Shown: one piece after another, positions 1 through 9,946 of the stretch
Layout: the number at the start of each line of letters is the position of its first letter
How positions within the stretch are numbered: the first letter of the stretch is position 1
Program-made: the position numbers and the translations under genes
Notes under the pieces: generated by a model
What the model was told of the DNA's origin: nothing
What the model saw: the letters and a program-made list of their open reading frames with translations, nothing else
Databases searched by the model: none
Source: Nitrosopumilus sp.
GTDB lineage: Archaea > Thermoproteota > Nitrososphaeria > Nitrososphaerales > Nitrosopumilaceae
Reading direction: 5' to 3'
Assembly (NCBI GenBank): GCA_965219345.1
Contig: OZ244732.1
Location: forward strand, 1,088,001-1,152,000
Length of the DNA: 64,000 bases

Positions 1-176
1 AAATGAAAAAACAACTCATGAAAGAATGTGAGTTAACAGAAGACGAGGCTGTTGAAATTGTAAACATCAGACCAACAAGTTTAGCTGAATTACGTTCTTT
101 CACATTTGGCTGGAAAAAACTAATTCTTGCTGAAACTCTGGAAAAAATACTCAAGATAACTAAGGAGCACTCGTAA
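1..176 (+). CDS. rpoF: RNA polymerase subunit Rpo4/RpoF, 3' part (truncated by window edge)
   Basis: Hand translation gives ...ELTEDEAVEIVNIRPTSLAELRSF...KEHS*; lies directly upstream of DUF655-ksgA, the usual archaeal order. Confidence 0.8.
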   Translation, partial: MKKQLMKECELTEDEAVEIVNIRPTSLAELRSFTFGWKKLILAETLEKILKITKEHS

Positions 177-196
177 CTTTTTACGAGTATTTTATT

Positions 197-763
197 TTGT
201 ACAGGGCACAATCCCACCCTAGAAAATATGAGGAATATGCATATGTTCTAGATTTTAACCCTAGAGGAAAATCAACCACCGTAAGGGGCAGAGAAGGAAT
301 CATGATTACAGTTATTGGAGAAGATCGTCTAACTCTTTTAGAAGTTCTTGGAGTTCCCAATTCAATATTTGAGGTAAATGAGAGAATCTATATTGGAAAA
401 GAAGGACGAACTAAAGTCCTGTCTGTCTTGGGAAAGCTGGAATATGATAACATTTCATCATCAGCTCAAAGTGAATTAACAGCAGTAGTGGAAAATATTG
501 TGTCTGTCAATGAATCAAAATTTGTTGAATACCTAAACAATGCACAACCATTAACGCCAAGAATTCACGCACTTGAGTTGATTCCGGGAATTGGAAAGAC
601 CTACATGAAAATGATGCTTGAAGAAAGAGAAAAGAAAAAATTCGAAAACTACCAAGATTTACAAGAGAGAGTTGGATTTAAAGATCCAATAAAACACATT
701 TCAGAACGAATTATGGATGAAATTACTGGTGAAAGTAGAATGAATCTCTTTGTAAAGAAATGA
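197..763 (+). CDS. DUF655 family putative RNA-binding protein
   Basis: YEEYAYVLDF start; TPRIHALELIPGIGK helix-hairpin-helix; rpoF-DUF655-ksgA context. Confidence 0.9.
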   Translation: MYRAQSHPRKYEEYAYVLDFNPRGKSTTVRGREGIMITVIGEDRLTLLEVLGVPNSIFEVNERIYIGKEGRTKVLSVLGKLEYDNISSSAQSELTAVVENIVSVNESKFVEYLNNAQPLTPRIHALELIPGIGKTYMKMMLEEREKKKFENYQDLQERVGFKDPIKHISERIMDEITGESRMNLFVKK

Positions 764-1467
764 TGATTAAACGAAAACAATTCGGACAACACTTTCTTAA
801 CTCAAATTTAATAGCCAAATCAATTGTTTCAGAGGCTAAAATTACAAAAGAAGACATCGTATTTGAGTTGGGAACGGGATTGGGAATCTTAACTCCTTTG
901 CTCTGCGAAAAAGCATACAAAGTAATCTCAGTTGATGTCGATGAAAAACTTGTTAGAAATGCAAAATCTACATTCTCTAATATTGACAATCTTATCTTAA
1001 AATCAGGTGATGGCTTTAAGAAAAAAGACTCCTTTTCTATTTTTGTATCAAATTTACCCTACTCCAAGAGTAAAGATGCAATAGAATGGCTTGCACAAAC
1101 TTCTTTCTCTCATGGTGTAATTATGGTTCAAAAAGAATTTGCTGATAAGCTACTTGCTAACTCATCAAAGAGAAAAGCGGTCAGCATAATTGCCAACTAT
1201 GCTTTTGAAATTAAGATGATCTCTAAGGTAGGAAAAAATAATTTTTCCCCCCCTCCAAAAATCGATTCTGTAATTCTAAAAATCACCCAAAAAAACACTA
1301 TGAACAAAGATCTTATTCAAACAATTAACAAAATTTTCTCATATAGACGAAAAACTATCAAAAATATTTTAAAGCAGTTCAACAAGAAAACCGTAATAGG
1401 TAAACGAGTAGATGATCTTTCAGGAGATGAAATAATCCACCTTGCAAATCAAATCCTTGAAAAATGA
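760..1467 (+). CDS. ksgA: 16S rRNA dimethyladenosine transferase (KsgA/RsmA/Dim1)
   Basis: GQHFL, ELGTGLG, SNLPY, FSPPPKIDS, RRKT motifs. Confidence 0.93.
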   Translation: MMIKRKQFGQHFLNSNLIAKSIVSEAKITKEDIVFELGTGLGILTPLLCEKAYKVISVDVDEKLVRNAKSTFSNIDNLILKSGDGFKKKDSFSIFVSNLPYSKSKDAIEWLAQTSFSHGVIMVQKEFADKLLANSSKRKAVSIIANYAFEIKMISKVGKNNFSPPPKIDSVILKITQKNTMNKDLIQTINKIFSYRRKTIKNILKQFNKKTVIGKRVDDLSGDEIIHLANQILEK

Positions 1468-1975
1468 TGAGTATCCTCCTTCTGAGGATACTTTTTTCAT
1501 GGCAGATAATATTAAAAATGAAAAAGGAGATTTTGCATTAGATATAGGAAGTGGTTCTGGATATCTTACAAAATTACTCTCTGAAAACTTTTCTTTTGTT
1601 GTTGGAACTGACATTAATTATGAAGCATTAAAACATCAAACCTACAAAACAAAAAATCTCATCTGTTGTAACGGCTCTGATGCATTAAAAGTACAATTTG
1701 ATCTCATTGTTTGTAACCTGCCATATCTTGCAACTGATGAAATCCTGGATATTGCAACCGATGGTGGAACAGAAGGACTTGAAATACCTCTAAAAATAAT
1801 AAAATCAGCTATTCCATGCCTAAATGAATCAGGAAAACTTTTTTTTGTTACGTCTTCACTTTCAAATTACCAAGCATTAATTGGTGCAACAAAAAAAGAA
1901 GGATTAACAGCAAAAGTTCTTACAAAAAAGAAATTATTTTTTGAGGAATTAATAATTATTGAAGCAAAAAAGTGA
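1442..1975 (+). CDS. HemK2/MTQ2-like protein methyltransferase
   Basis: YPPSEDT, DIGSGSG, NLPY, DGGTEG, LFFEEL motifs. Confidence 0.85.
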   Translation: MQIKSLKNDEYPPSEDTFFMADNIKNEKGDFALDIGSGSGYLTKLLSENFSFVVGTDINYEALKHQTYKTKNLICCNGSDALKVQFDLIVCNLPYLATDEILDIATDGGTEGLEIPLKIIKSAIPCLNESGKLFFVTSSLSNYQALIGATKKEGLTAKVLTKKKLFFEELIIIEAKK

Positions 1976-3004
1976 TTATTTTTTTAATAGTTCTGCAGAA
2001 CGTTTTGCAATCGCATTTGCCATCTCACTTGTTTTGGCATTACCGTCAATATCATACGTTACAAATTTTCCTTCATTAATTACTTCATCTGTGGCTTTGA
2101 AAACTGCATCCTTAATTTCAGGTTCACCCAGATATTCTGTCATCCATGCCCCTGACAAAATTGCTGCAGTAGGGTTTACTTTATCCATTCCTTTGTATTT
2201 TGGCGCACTTCCATGTGCTGGCTCAAACATAGCATAACTGTCACCAATATTTGCAGAGTAAACATTTCCAATTGAACCAATACTACCAGAAGCACATTCT
2301 GATATGATATCCATAAACAGATTTGTACTTAATAAAACAGAATTATTGAATCTCTCAGGATTTTTCACCAATTGTTGGGTCATATTGTCAATATAGTATT
2401 CTTCAATCCCAATTCCTGGGTTTTCTTGTGCCGCTCTTTGTACTTCACTCCAAAAAATTCCATCAGTTCTTTTTAGAATATTTCTTTTTGTAACTGCTGT
2501 TACTTTTTTTAATCCATATTTTTTTGCCCATTCAAATGCCGAATCTACTATTCTTTTACAACCTTTTCTTGTTATTTTTCTAATAGCTATGGCAGAATCT
2601 TCAGATGTGTTAAACTCAATTCCTGCATACAATCCCTCTGTTGCTTCCCTAAAACATACAAAATCAAGCTTTGTATTTGGTGAAAGTCTATCATATGTTT
2701 TAATGGGTCTAACATTTGCATACAGCTCAAATTTTTGTCGTGTAGAAACAGCTACACTTCTTGGAGCATTTGGTGATGGTATAGTTGTAGTGGGGCCTTT
2801 ATAGCATGCATCACTTTCTTCCATGATCTTTGATGTAGCATCAGGAATGTATGTGGCTCCGCCATTTTTTTCCCATTGTTCTGAGCCTGCTTCACAGAGA
2901 ATAAGCTCAATTTGTGTATTACAAGCTTTTAAGACATGAATCATGGCATCAACTAATTCAGGACCGGTTCCGTCACCATTAATCACGGCTGCTTTTTTAC
3001 CCAT
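1976..3004 (-). CDS. Isocitrate/isopropylmalate dehydrogenase family protein
   Basis: GDGTGPE, ANVRP, FEPAHGSAPKY, NPTAAILS motifs. Confidence 0.92.
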   Translation of the reverse strand: MGKKAAVINGDGTGPELVDAMIHVLKACNTQIELILCEAGSEQWEKNGGATYIPDATSKIMEESDACYKGPTTTIPSPNAPRSVAVSTRQKFELYANVRPIKTYDRLSPNTKLDFVCFREATEGLYAGIEFNTSEDSAIAIRKITRKGCKRIVDSAFEWAKKYGLKKVTAVTKRNILKRTDGIFWSEVQRAAQENPGIGIEEYYIDNMTQQLVKNPERFNNSVLLSTNLFMDIISECASGSIGSIGNVYSANIGDSYAMFEPAHGSAPKYKGMDKVNPTAAILSGAWMTEYLGEPEIKDAVFKATDEVINEGKFVTYDIDGNAKTSEMANAIAKRSAELLKK

Positions 3005-3125
3005 TTCAGCGAGATTTGCGACTGAGCGTATTTAATTCTACTCTTGTCTCATAACTTGATTTTTTTAATGACTTTTTTCTATAAGAGTAATTTATTAACA
3101 TAATTTGGTTTTATTTTGATAGAAG

Positions 3126-3872
3126 ATGATTATTGTTCAGCTCTCTGATCTTCATGTAGGTTCTCAATTTCAACCGGAAGTATTTGAAATAATAGTCAAG
3201 GAAGTCAATGAACTAAATCCTGATGTGATTGTAATTACTGGTGATCTAACAAATGAAGGATTAATGAAAGAATATGAAAAATGTAAATCACTGTTGACAA
3301 AATTTAACACAAAAAAAATTATCTCAATTAGTGGAAATCATGATTATAGAAACACAGGTTATTTGTTGTTTAAAAAATTCTTTCCATTTCAAGCGGTCAA
3401 CGAATTAGACAATGATATTGTTTTAGTAACTGTTGGAACTGCTAGACCTGATAGAAATGAAGGTGAAGTTGGATATAGACAAAATTTATGGTTGGGCAGA
3501 ACTATGAAAAAATACAAAGACAAAGTAAAAATTGTAGCAATGCATCATCATTTAATTCCAATTCCTGATACTGGTTCTGATCAGCTTACTGTTGTTGATG
3601 CCGGTGATATTCTAAGAACAGTTTTGGATACCCAAGTTGATGTAGTTTTGTGTGGGCACAAACATAGGCCTTGGGCTTGGAATTTTGGAAAACTTACAGT
3701 TGTTAACGCCGGAACTGCCACATCTGAACGAGTTCGTGGATTGTTTGAAAATACCTACAACATTCTTACTGTTTCTAACAAAAAGGTACAAGTAGATCTC
3801 AAAATTGTAGGTGGAAAAAGACTACCTATTGATGAAATTGTAACTAATTATAGCCAATTTAGCGAAGAGTGA
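3126..3872 (+). CDS. Calcineurin-like metallophosphoesterase
   Basis: DLH, GD, GNHD, HH, GHKH motifs. Confidence 0.9.
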   Translation: MIIVQLSDLHVGSQFQPEVFEIIVKEVNELNPDVIVITGDLTNEGLMKEYEKCKSLLTKFNTKKIISISGNHDYRNTGYLLFKKFFPFQAVNELDNDIVLVTVGTARPDRNEGEVGYRQNLWLGRTMKKYKDKVKIVAMHHHLIPIPDTGSDQLTVVDAGDILRTVLDTQVDVVLCGHKHRPWAWNFGKLTVVNAGTATSERVRGLFENTYNILTVSNKKVQVDLKIVGGKRLPIDEIVTNYSQFSEE

Positions 3873-3905
3873 ATTTATTTACAGATTAATTCTAGGCATC
3901 CTTAT

Positions 3906-3992
3906 GCGGGGGTCGCCTAGCCTGGTAGGGCGTGGGATTGCTAATTCCATGTCCGCAAGGACACGGGGGTTCGAATCCCCCTCCCCGCGCCA
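3906..3992 (+). tRNA. tRNA-Ser(GCT)
   Basis: Cloverleaf with GCGGGGG/TCCCCGC acceptor stem, anticodon loop TT-GCT-AA, long variable arm, GGTTCGAATCC T-arm, followed by CCA. Confidence 0.95.
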
Positions 3993-4034
3993 TTAAAAAT
4001 TAAACTTAATAGACAGATGAAAGAAGTTTTTTCA

Positions 4035-4196
4035 ATGGGACGAAGAAAAACTCAAAAAATTATTCGAACTAGTCCTAAAAATGCAACAACTGGAATGTGT
4101 CCTTTGTGTAGAACAATTGGTAAGATTTTCCTTCTTGGCTCACCTGGAAAAGAGAGAGCAAAATGTGAAAAATGTCGCCAAGAGTTTGAATTATAG
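4035..4196 (+). CDS. 53-aa basic zinc-ribbon protein (Elf1-like N-terminus)
   Basis: Below the ORF-track cutoff; MGRRKTQKIIRTSPKNATTGMCPLC...AKCEKCRQEFEL*. Confidence 0.7.
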   Translation: MGRRKTQKIIRTSPKNATTGMCPLCRTIGKIFLLGSPGKERAKCEKCRQEFEL

Positions 4197-4271
4197 CTAG
4201 TAAGGTCCCAGCCTACATATCAAAATATCTACCCATAGCTTTTTAAGACAATTTTTTCTTTATAGATAATT

Positions 4272-4442
4272 ATGAGTTCAGAAGCTGAAACCATCTATGA
4301 AAGGGTTGCAAAACTTGAAGATGAAATTGCATTACTCAGAAGTGAAGTTGATATTCTCAAAGGAGCAGTAAGAAATAAAATTGCCCGACATGAAATATCA
4401 ATGATCAAGAAAGGTCAGGAAATAGATTCAATCATTGATTAA
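4272..4442 (+). CDS. 56-aa coiled-coil protein
   Basis: MSSEAETIYERVAKLEDEIALLRSEVDILK... heptad pattern; stop overlaps that of the convergent gene. Confidence 0.65.
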   Translation: MSSEAETIYERVAKLEDEIALLRSEVDILKGAVRNKIARHEISMIKKGQEIDSIID

Positions 4443-5257
4443 TTTTTTGTCTTTATACTTCGTATCATTTCTAAAATAAAATCTATATCTTCCGCGTTTG
4501 GATTGATTTCTAAATATTTGTTCAAATATTTCAATGCAGTTTCAGAGTTTAGTAATCTTTCTTCCAGAATTCCTTTATCTCTGACATCTTCTGGAGATTC
4601 AGGTTCAATTGCCAAAACCATGTTAGTACATCGCAGTGCCTTGTCATAAGCAAATGATTGTATATAGGAATTTTTCAAGTTACGAGTCATTCTTACAAGA
4701 ATTTGTTCTGAATTTATCTCATCAAGAAATTCTGGTTTAAATTCTAACTGTCCATCAAAATTAGTATCTAGTATTCCCTGCAAATCGTCAATATCTAATA
4801 AATTCCCATCATAAAATGGGTCTAAAATCATCTCTTCATTGTATTTAACCAGAATGTGACTTGGAAATCCAACAATTTTAAGATCTAATCCAATAATCTT
4901 TGCAACTTCAACATAAAGAATTGAAATGGTAATGGGAAGGCCTACTTTTTTATCAATGACTTCATTTAGAAAATTATTCTTTGGATTAAAGTAATCATTA
5001 TCATCTCCACTAAAGCCTAAATTTTCAAAGAGATGCTCATTCAACATTGAAATTAGATATGTTGGATTTTTTACGTCACTGATTGACTCTTTTAGTGATG
5101 CCCCTATTCGATTTATCTCCTGAATGTATTCATCTACATCTAGATCGGGGTATTCTAAAATTTGAGCAAATTTCAGACATTTTTCAACTAGGTTGAAGTT
5201 TAGATTTTTAACAAATGAAGACCATTCTGCAACAAATGGATCAAATTTTTCTTCCAA
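4439..5257 (-). CDS. SirB1 family transglutaminase-like/TPR protein
   Basis: GFSGD..DYFNPKNNFL..V...K.GLPI.ISILY, GFPSH, DPF, RM.RNLK, RDKG motifs. Confidence 0.88.
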   Translation of the reverse strand: MEEKFDPFVAEWSSFVKNLNFNLVEKCLKFAQILEYPDLDVDEYIQEINRIGASLKESISDVKNPTYLISMLNEHLFENLGFSGDDNDYFNPKNNFLNEVIDKKVGLPITISILYVEVAKIIGLDLKIVGFPSHILVKYNEEMILDPFYDGNLLDIDDLQGILDTNFDGQLEFKPEFLDEINSEQILVRMTRNLKNSYIQSFAYDKALRCTNMVLAIEPESPEDVRDKGILEERLLNSETALKYLNKYLEINPNAEDIDFILEMIRSIKTKN

Positions 5258-5260
5258 CTA

Positions 5261-6457
5261 TTACAAACTCATCTTTTTGAGATATAATTGAGGATCCTTG
5301 AGCTCTCTTGTGTTTGGAGGAACTTCAATCATTTTTTTGAAGGTGTCTTTGCCTAATTTTTCATATATTGCTCTGGTAAAGTCTTTCCCCATACTCTTTC
5401 TGACTTGATATGACGAAAAATCCGTCCCCATAAACGTGGTAAGATAATTTTGAAAATCTTTATCATCTTTTAAAATACTTTCAATTGCAAAACCAGCCAT
5501 TCCTTCCATTGCTGTAAATGCTGCATGGTGCTGTTGAATCGGAACAAGCCATTTCTTGTAAGTACCTAAAAGTTGTGGAATTAATTCTTCTATCTTTGGA
5601 TCCATCTCTACATGTGTAAATGTCATAACATCTGGTCCAATCTGTTCAATTAAGAAATGGTCTGGATTCAAAAAGAAAAATAGATTTGCTTTTTTTGCAA
5701 ATGGAAAGTCGTCTGGCACTGTCTGTAACTGGCAATATTCTGAAAGCTTGTTGACAGTTTCAGTATCAAGTGATAAAATAATACTTGCTAGTTCTTCATT
5801 GATTTTGTTTACTTCCATTGCAGCATTCTTATTTACCTGCTGTAGATTTTCTTGTGCAGAGTGAATTAATTCTTCTAATACTGTCATCTTCACTGCTCCA
5901 TGATAACCAGAATTTACATCTTCAAATCTTGATTCATATGGCTCTCCTTGCTTATAGAGAATTATCTGTGGATATTTTGATAAAATAAATTTGTTTAGAT
6001 AAATTACAGAATCAAGATAATCTCCATATGTTGTTGTAATTTTAGATATGTACTGAATTGCATATGTTGAATATACTAGATACTTTGCTGTATCTTGTTG
6101 CATCAATTCTGCAATCTTTTTCAGATCTTCTTTTGCAACTGCATTAAATAATTCTATTACAAAATCTTTTGACTCTTTATCTGCAAATACTTTGTTGCCT
6201 TTCAATCTCTTTAAATCTTCTAACTCTGGGAATTTTAATTCTAAATTATCTGGAACTTTAACTCCCAAAAATTCTTCTATCTTGTCTTTGTAAATTGGAA
6301 AAACTTCATTGGCAATATCTTCTAATTCTTTGAACTGTACTTTATCTGCAAGGCCCTCTTTAGCCTTGATTGCTAATTTTGTGATCTCTTTTTCTTCGTC
6401 AAGCTCAACTGATAATTGGCCAAACAGGGCTTCGGCAAATTCTTCAAATTCTCCCAA
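5261..6457 (-). CDS. Conserved hypothetical protein with zincin-like EELIH...EG motif
   Basis: Long ORF; probable TTG start at 6457; TVLEELIHSAQ and AMEGMA segments. Confidence 0.7.
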   Translation of the reverse strand: MGEFEEFAEALFGQLSVELDEEKEITKLAIKAKEGLADKVQFKELEDIANEVFPIYKDKIEEFLGVKVPDNLELKFPELEDLKRLKGNKVFADKESKDFVIELFNAVAKEDLKKIAELMQQDTAKYLVYSTYAIQYISKITTTYGDYLDSVIYLNKFILSKYPQIILYKQGEPYESRFEDVNSGYHGAVKMTVLEELIHSAQENLQQVNKNAAMEVNKINEELASIILSLDTETVNKLSEYCQLQTVPDDFPFAKKANLFFFLNPDHFLIEQIGPDVMTFTHVEMDPKIEELIPQLLGTYKKWLVPIQQHHAAFTAMEGMAGFAIESILKDDKDFQNYLTTFMGTDFSSYQVRKSMGKDFTRAIYEKLGKDTFKKMIEVPPNTRELKDPQLYLKKMSL

Positions 6458-6545
6458 TTTGCATAAAATCAAAAAATACTACATTTAACATTATCTTGAT
6501 TTTAATTCTGTACAATTATTTAATATTCTTCCTTAAAGAAACCAT

Positions 6546-6996
6546 ATGGATAATATCGTAATCCGAACTGCATTTGAGAAAGACATTCCTATTTTACTTG
6601 GATTACTATGATTTAGGACGTCCAAAACCGCAAGAAGATGCTGATGTTGAGATATTTCGAAATCTTGCAAAAAAGTATGTTGCAGATTTAGACAAAACAA
6701 TTCTTGTTGCTGAACTTGATGATATTGGAATTGTTGGAATGATGAGTATTGTATTTTTACCTAGACTAAACCATTCTACCTTGGAAATGTATGTTCCAGA
6801 GTTAGTAGTTCTTGAAAAATATCAAAATCAAGGAATAGGCAAAAAACTGTTCAACTCATGTATTGATCTTGCAAAAGAAAAAAAATGTTATCGCATTAGA
6901 TTGGAATCTGGAAATCAACGAAAAGATTCTCATCAATTCTATCAAAATTTAGGATTTGAACAATCTTCTCTGTCATTTACAAAGAATCTTGATTGA
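6546..6996 (+). pseudogene. GNAT acetyltransferase, frameshifted near the 5' end
   Basis: ATG at 6546 gives MDNIVIRTAFEKDIPILLGLL* (TGA 6609-6611); the GNAT body (QNQGIG, FYQNLGF) continues in the frame of ORF 6574..6996. Confidence 0.75.
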
Positions 6997-7011
6997 TTTC
7001 TAAAGAATTGG

Positions 7012-7536
7012 CTAGTTGTTTTTATACGCTAACACAAAACCCATACCTCCACACATTACTCCTATTGCTAAAAGTGCAATAAATCCGCCAATTGGTTCTG
7101 TGAATGAATCCATAATAGCAGGATGCTTTGGACCCAATTTCCCTTCACTAAAAATTGTAAGTAATCCGGTTCCTGCCAAACCTGCATATGTCATAATCAT
7201 CATTGAGCCTGCTCCTCCAACATTCATTCCAATCAAATGAATTGCAGCTAGAATGTTTGATTTTTTTGAGAATTTTTTCTTTAAAGTGATTTCAAGATGA
7301 CTGTAAAATAATGCAGTAACTGCAACTGCAACTATTATGATGAGATGAAATATTATTCCTAAAAAGAACCATTTTGCAGTTCCCTCAAAGGATAATGATA
7401 GATATTGAATTATGTTAATTTCATTATGCATCATTTGTATTGTAACAATAACTAAAGCCATTATGGTGACTATCGCACCTTGAATAATGGCTGCAATAAT
7501 GAATTTGTCAACCCATCTAAATTCAGTATTCATCAA
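7012..7536 (-). CDS. Four-TM membrane protein
   Basis: Four hydrophobic segments; HLIGMNVG motif. Confidence 0.75.
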   Translation of the reverse strand: MMNTEFRWVDKFIIAAIIQGAIVTIMALVIVTIQMMHNEINIIQYLSLSFEGTAKWFFLGIIFHLIIIVAVAVTALFYSHLEITLKKKFSKKSNILAAIHLIGMNVGGAGSMMIMTYAGLAGTGLLTIFSEGKLGPKHPAIMDSFTEPIGGFIALLAIGVMCGGMGFVLAYKNN

Positions 7537-7682
7537 TCATTGTTGTATTTTCCACGATTTATATCATGAAAGTAAAATTTAGTAACAACATCTTACATAA
7601 TTTATTACATAAATCATACGGTATGAATTCTACGACATGTTTAAAAGACAAAACCCAAACGTTTCAGGATGGGTAAAATTGG

Positions 7683-9482
7683 ATGAATTCTAAGATCATA
7701 ATTGGTGCAAGCTTATCTGCAATTGCAATAATTGGATTTGTAGGAATTCCATATTCATATGCATCTTGTGGCGCACCCTTATTTGGAACTCCAGGACCTT
7801 GCTTTGATACGTATTCTGTATCTGCTGATACGCCACTTACTGAAAAATCCATCATGGAAAAATATGGTAGAAACATTGAGCTAACCTATGAAGATTGGCA
7901 AATATCTGATAGAAACTGGGATAATGAAGATGTAAACTTGGAATTACCAGCAATAATTTGTACAGAGTTTGTGGCAGATGGTGTTACTGAATATAGAATG
8001 GCGAAATGGGTAGATTCACAAACCATTTCCAGTTTTGAAAACCATAGAGATGATTCTCTTTGTGACAAATGGCTTGCACCAATTGACGACGGAATAAAAA
8101 TAAAGTGGGATCAATCTAACTATTTGTCAAATGATACAGGCATAGTTGAAGTAATTGATAAAAAAATGAATCTTGATATCAAAAAAATAGATTCTTTTGA
8201 TATTCATGTGTGGTCTGATGTTGATCATACTGGTATACAACTAAGAGTAACTGAAACTGATGAATCTAGTGGAACATTTGAAGGCACTGTATTCTTTACC
8301 ACTATTGATGAATCAAGTGGTGTTATACTTTTAGTAGAAGATGCAGTATACACTGAGCATAAATTAAATGTTAATTTTTCAAAAATAATTAATGAATCTG
8401 AATCTGCTAAATTTATTGTACAAAATGTAGAATTTATGCAAAACGTATTCTATCCCGATGAATTAGGATATTATGAAGTTGAAATTACTGATAGAGACGG
8501 AAAGCCTGTTGAGATGTTTGTGACAGGTAGAGTGGACTATGAAGCTCCTTGGGGCGTATCCAACTTTTCGCCAGTTGGTAATTATGACAAACAAAAACAA
8601 AGATTTGTGGGTGAACTCACAGTGCCTGGAGAAATTATTCCGGGCATTTACACTCTGAAATTAAATGTACATGGGTTAAGTGAAGAGTTTACGTTTTCCG
8701 GTATTTCTGAAGTTGATTTTACTGTTGGCGAACGTATAGGTTCGTTTGATACTCTTTTTGAACCATCATCATTGGGAAGTTTGATGGGAGAAAATGATGA
8801 ATATCCAATTGGTGAATCTAGAATAGTAAATGTACAACTAGTTCAAGGTCATTTTTATTCTCCTCCAATTCCAAATCATCCTGCATCAATCCTGGTTTAC
8901 GGTACTGATTGGATAAATTTTGATCCTAATTTGATTGAAGTTTATGACGTGACTTCTGATTCAAATGGATATGTTTACAAAGAATTGTTTCTTGATGATC
9001 GAAATCAATGTGACTATGAGGTAAAGATAAAGTCTGAGTTTGAAGGGTTTGAATATTCTCAGAACTTTGATTTTAGAATGGCAAATACAGAAATTTTCTA
9101 TTTTCCATGGGAGGGTGAAAAAATCCCTGTGACCGTTAAAGGGAAATGCTCAATTCCATTATCCATGAATTTTGATCAATCAAAGAAAACTATGACTGTA
9201 GAATTGGATACATCTGATGCTAAAAAGCAATTTGAAATTCATTTTCCACATAGATTACTTGATGGTGAACTTACTGTTTTGATAAACGGGGATGTCGATT
9301 TTGATAATTATTCTATTGACAAACGCCATGATGAAGCAATAGTGCAAGTGGGTGCTGATTCTGATTTTACTACTGTTGAAATCATTGGAACCTCTGCAAT
9401 TCCAGAATTTCAAACTATTGTGATGATGATTATGGTGATATCTATGTTGCCAATTATTCTATTACGAAAACAATTGATATGA
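7683..9482 (+). CDS. Secreted multidomain protein with PEFG-CTERM-type sorting tail
   Basis: N-terminal signal peptide; ETDESSGTFEG domain; C-terminal IPEFQT + TM + basic tail. Confidence 0.85.
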   Translation: MNSKIIIGASLSAIAIIGFVGIPYSYASCGAPLFGTPGPCFDTYSVSADTPLTEKSIMEKYGRNIELTYEDWQISDRNWDNEDVNLELPAIICTEFVADGVTEYRMAKWVDSQTISSFENHRDDSLCDKWLAPIDDGIKIKWDQSNYLSNDTGIVEVIDKKMNLDIKKIDSFDIHVWSDVDHTGIQLRVTETDESSGTFEGTVFFTTIDESSGVILLVEDAVYTEHKLNVNFSKIINESESAKFIVQNVEFMQNVFYPDELGYYEVEITDRDGKPVEMFVTGRVDYEAPWGVSNFSPVGNYDKQKQRFVGELTVPGEIIPGIYTLKLNVHGLSEEFTFSGISEVDFTVGERIGSFDTLFEPSSLGSLMGENDEYPIGESRIVNVQLVQGHFYSPPIPNHPASILVYGTDWINFDPNLIEVYDVTSDSNGYVYKELFLDDRNQCDYEVKIKSEFEGFEYSQNFDFRMANTEIFYFPWEGEKIPVTVKGKCSIPLSMNFDQSKKTMTVELDTSDAKKQFEIHFPHRLLDGELTVLINGDVDFDNYSIDKRHDEAIVQVGADSDFTTVEIIGTSAIPEFQTIVMMIMVISMLPIILLRKQLI

Positions 9483-9946
9483 AAATGAAAAATAAATTAA
9501 TTGTAATTGCAATCATAATTATTGTAACCACAATTATTGGAATCTCTTTAGTCACAACATTTGAGAAATCCAATATTGGAGGACCTGCTGAATGGATTGA
9601 ACATAAGAAAATTGTATGTGATGAAGGCTTCAAAGTTATTGATGGGATTTGCAAACAATTAAGCAAAATCCGTGAGAAAGATATTCCTGTTTTCTTTGAG
9701 ATACAATTAATGGAAATGGGAATTGAATGGGAGTTAGCAGATAGAAACTGGGCAAATCCTGACTTTGAGATAGAGCCTCCTGCACGAATTTGTTCACATA
9801 TCATAAAAGATGGCAATACTGAATTGTATATTTCTACAATATGGGAAGATGAATATTCATTATCAGATATGATCATTCAAAAAGAAATGCCTAATGATTG
9901 TGTAAAGATTTTCCCTGTTACGGAGATTACAAAAAATAAAAATTAA
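9479..9946 (+). CDS. Membrane-anchored secreted hypothetical protein
   Basis: ATGA overlap with upstream gene; N-terminal TM; shares a DRNW domain with the upstream protein. Confidence 0.75.
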   Translation: MKMKNKLIVIAIIIIVTTIIGISLVTTFEKSNIGGPAEWIEHKKIVCDEGFKVIDGICKQLSKIREKDIPVFFEIQLMEMGIEWELADRNWANPDFEIEPPARICSHIIKDGNTELYISTIWEDEYSLSDMIIQKEMPNDCVKIFPVTEITKNKN

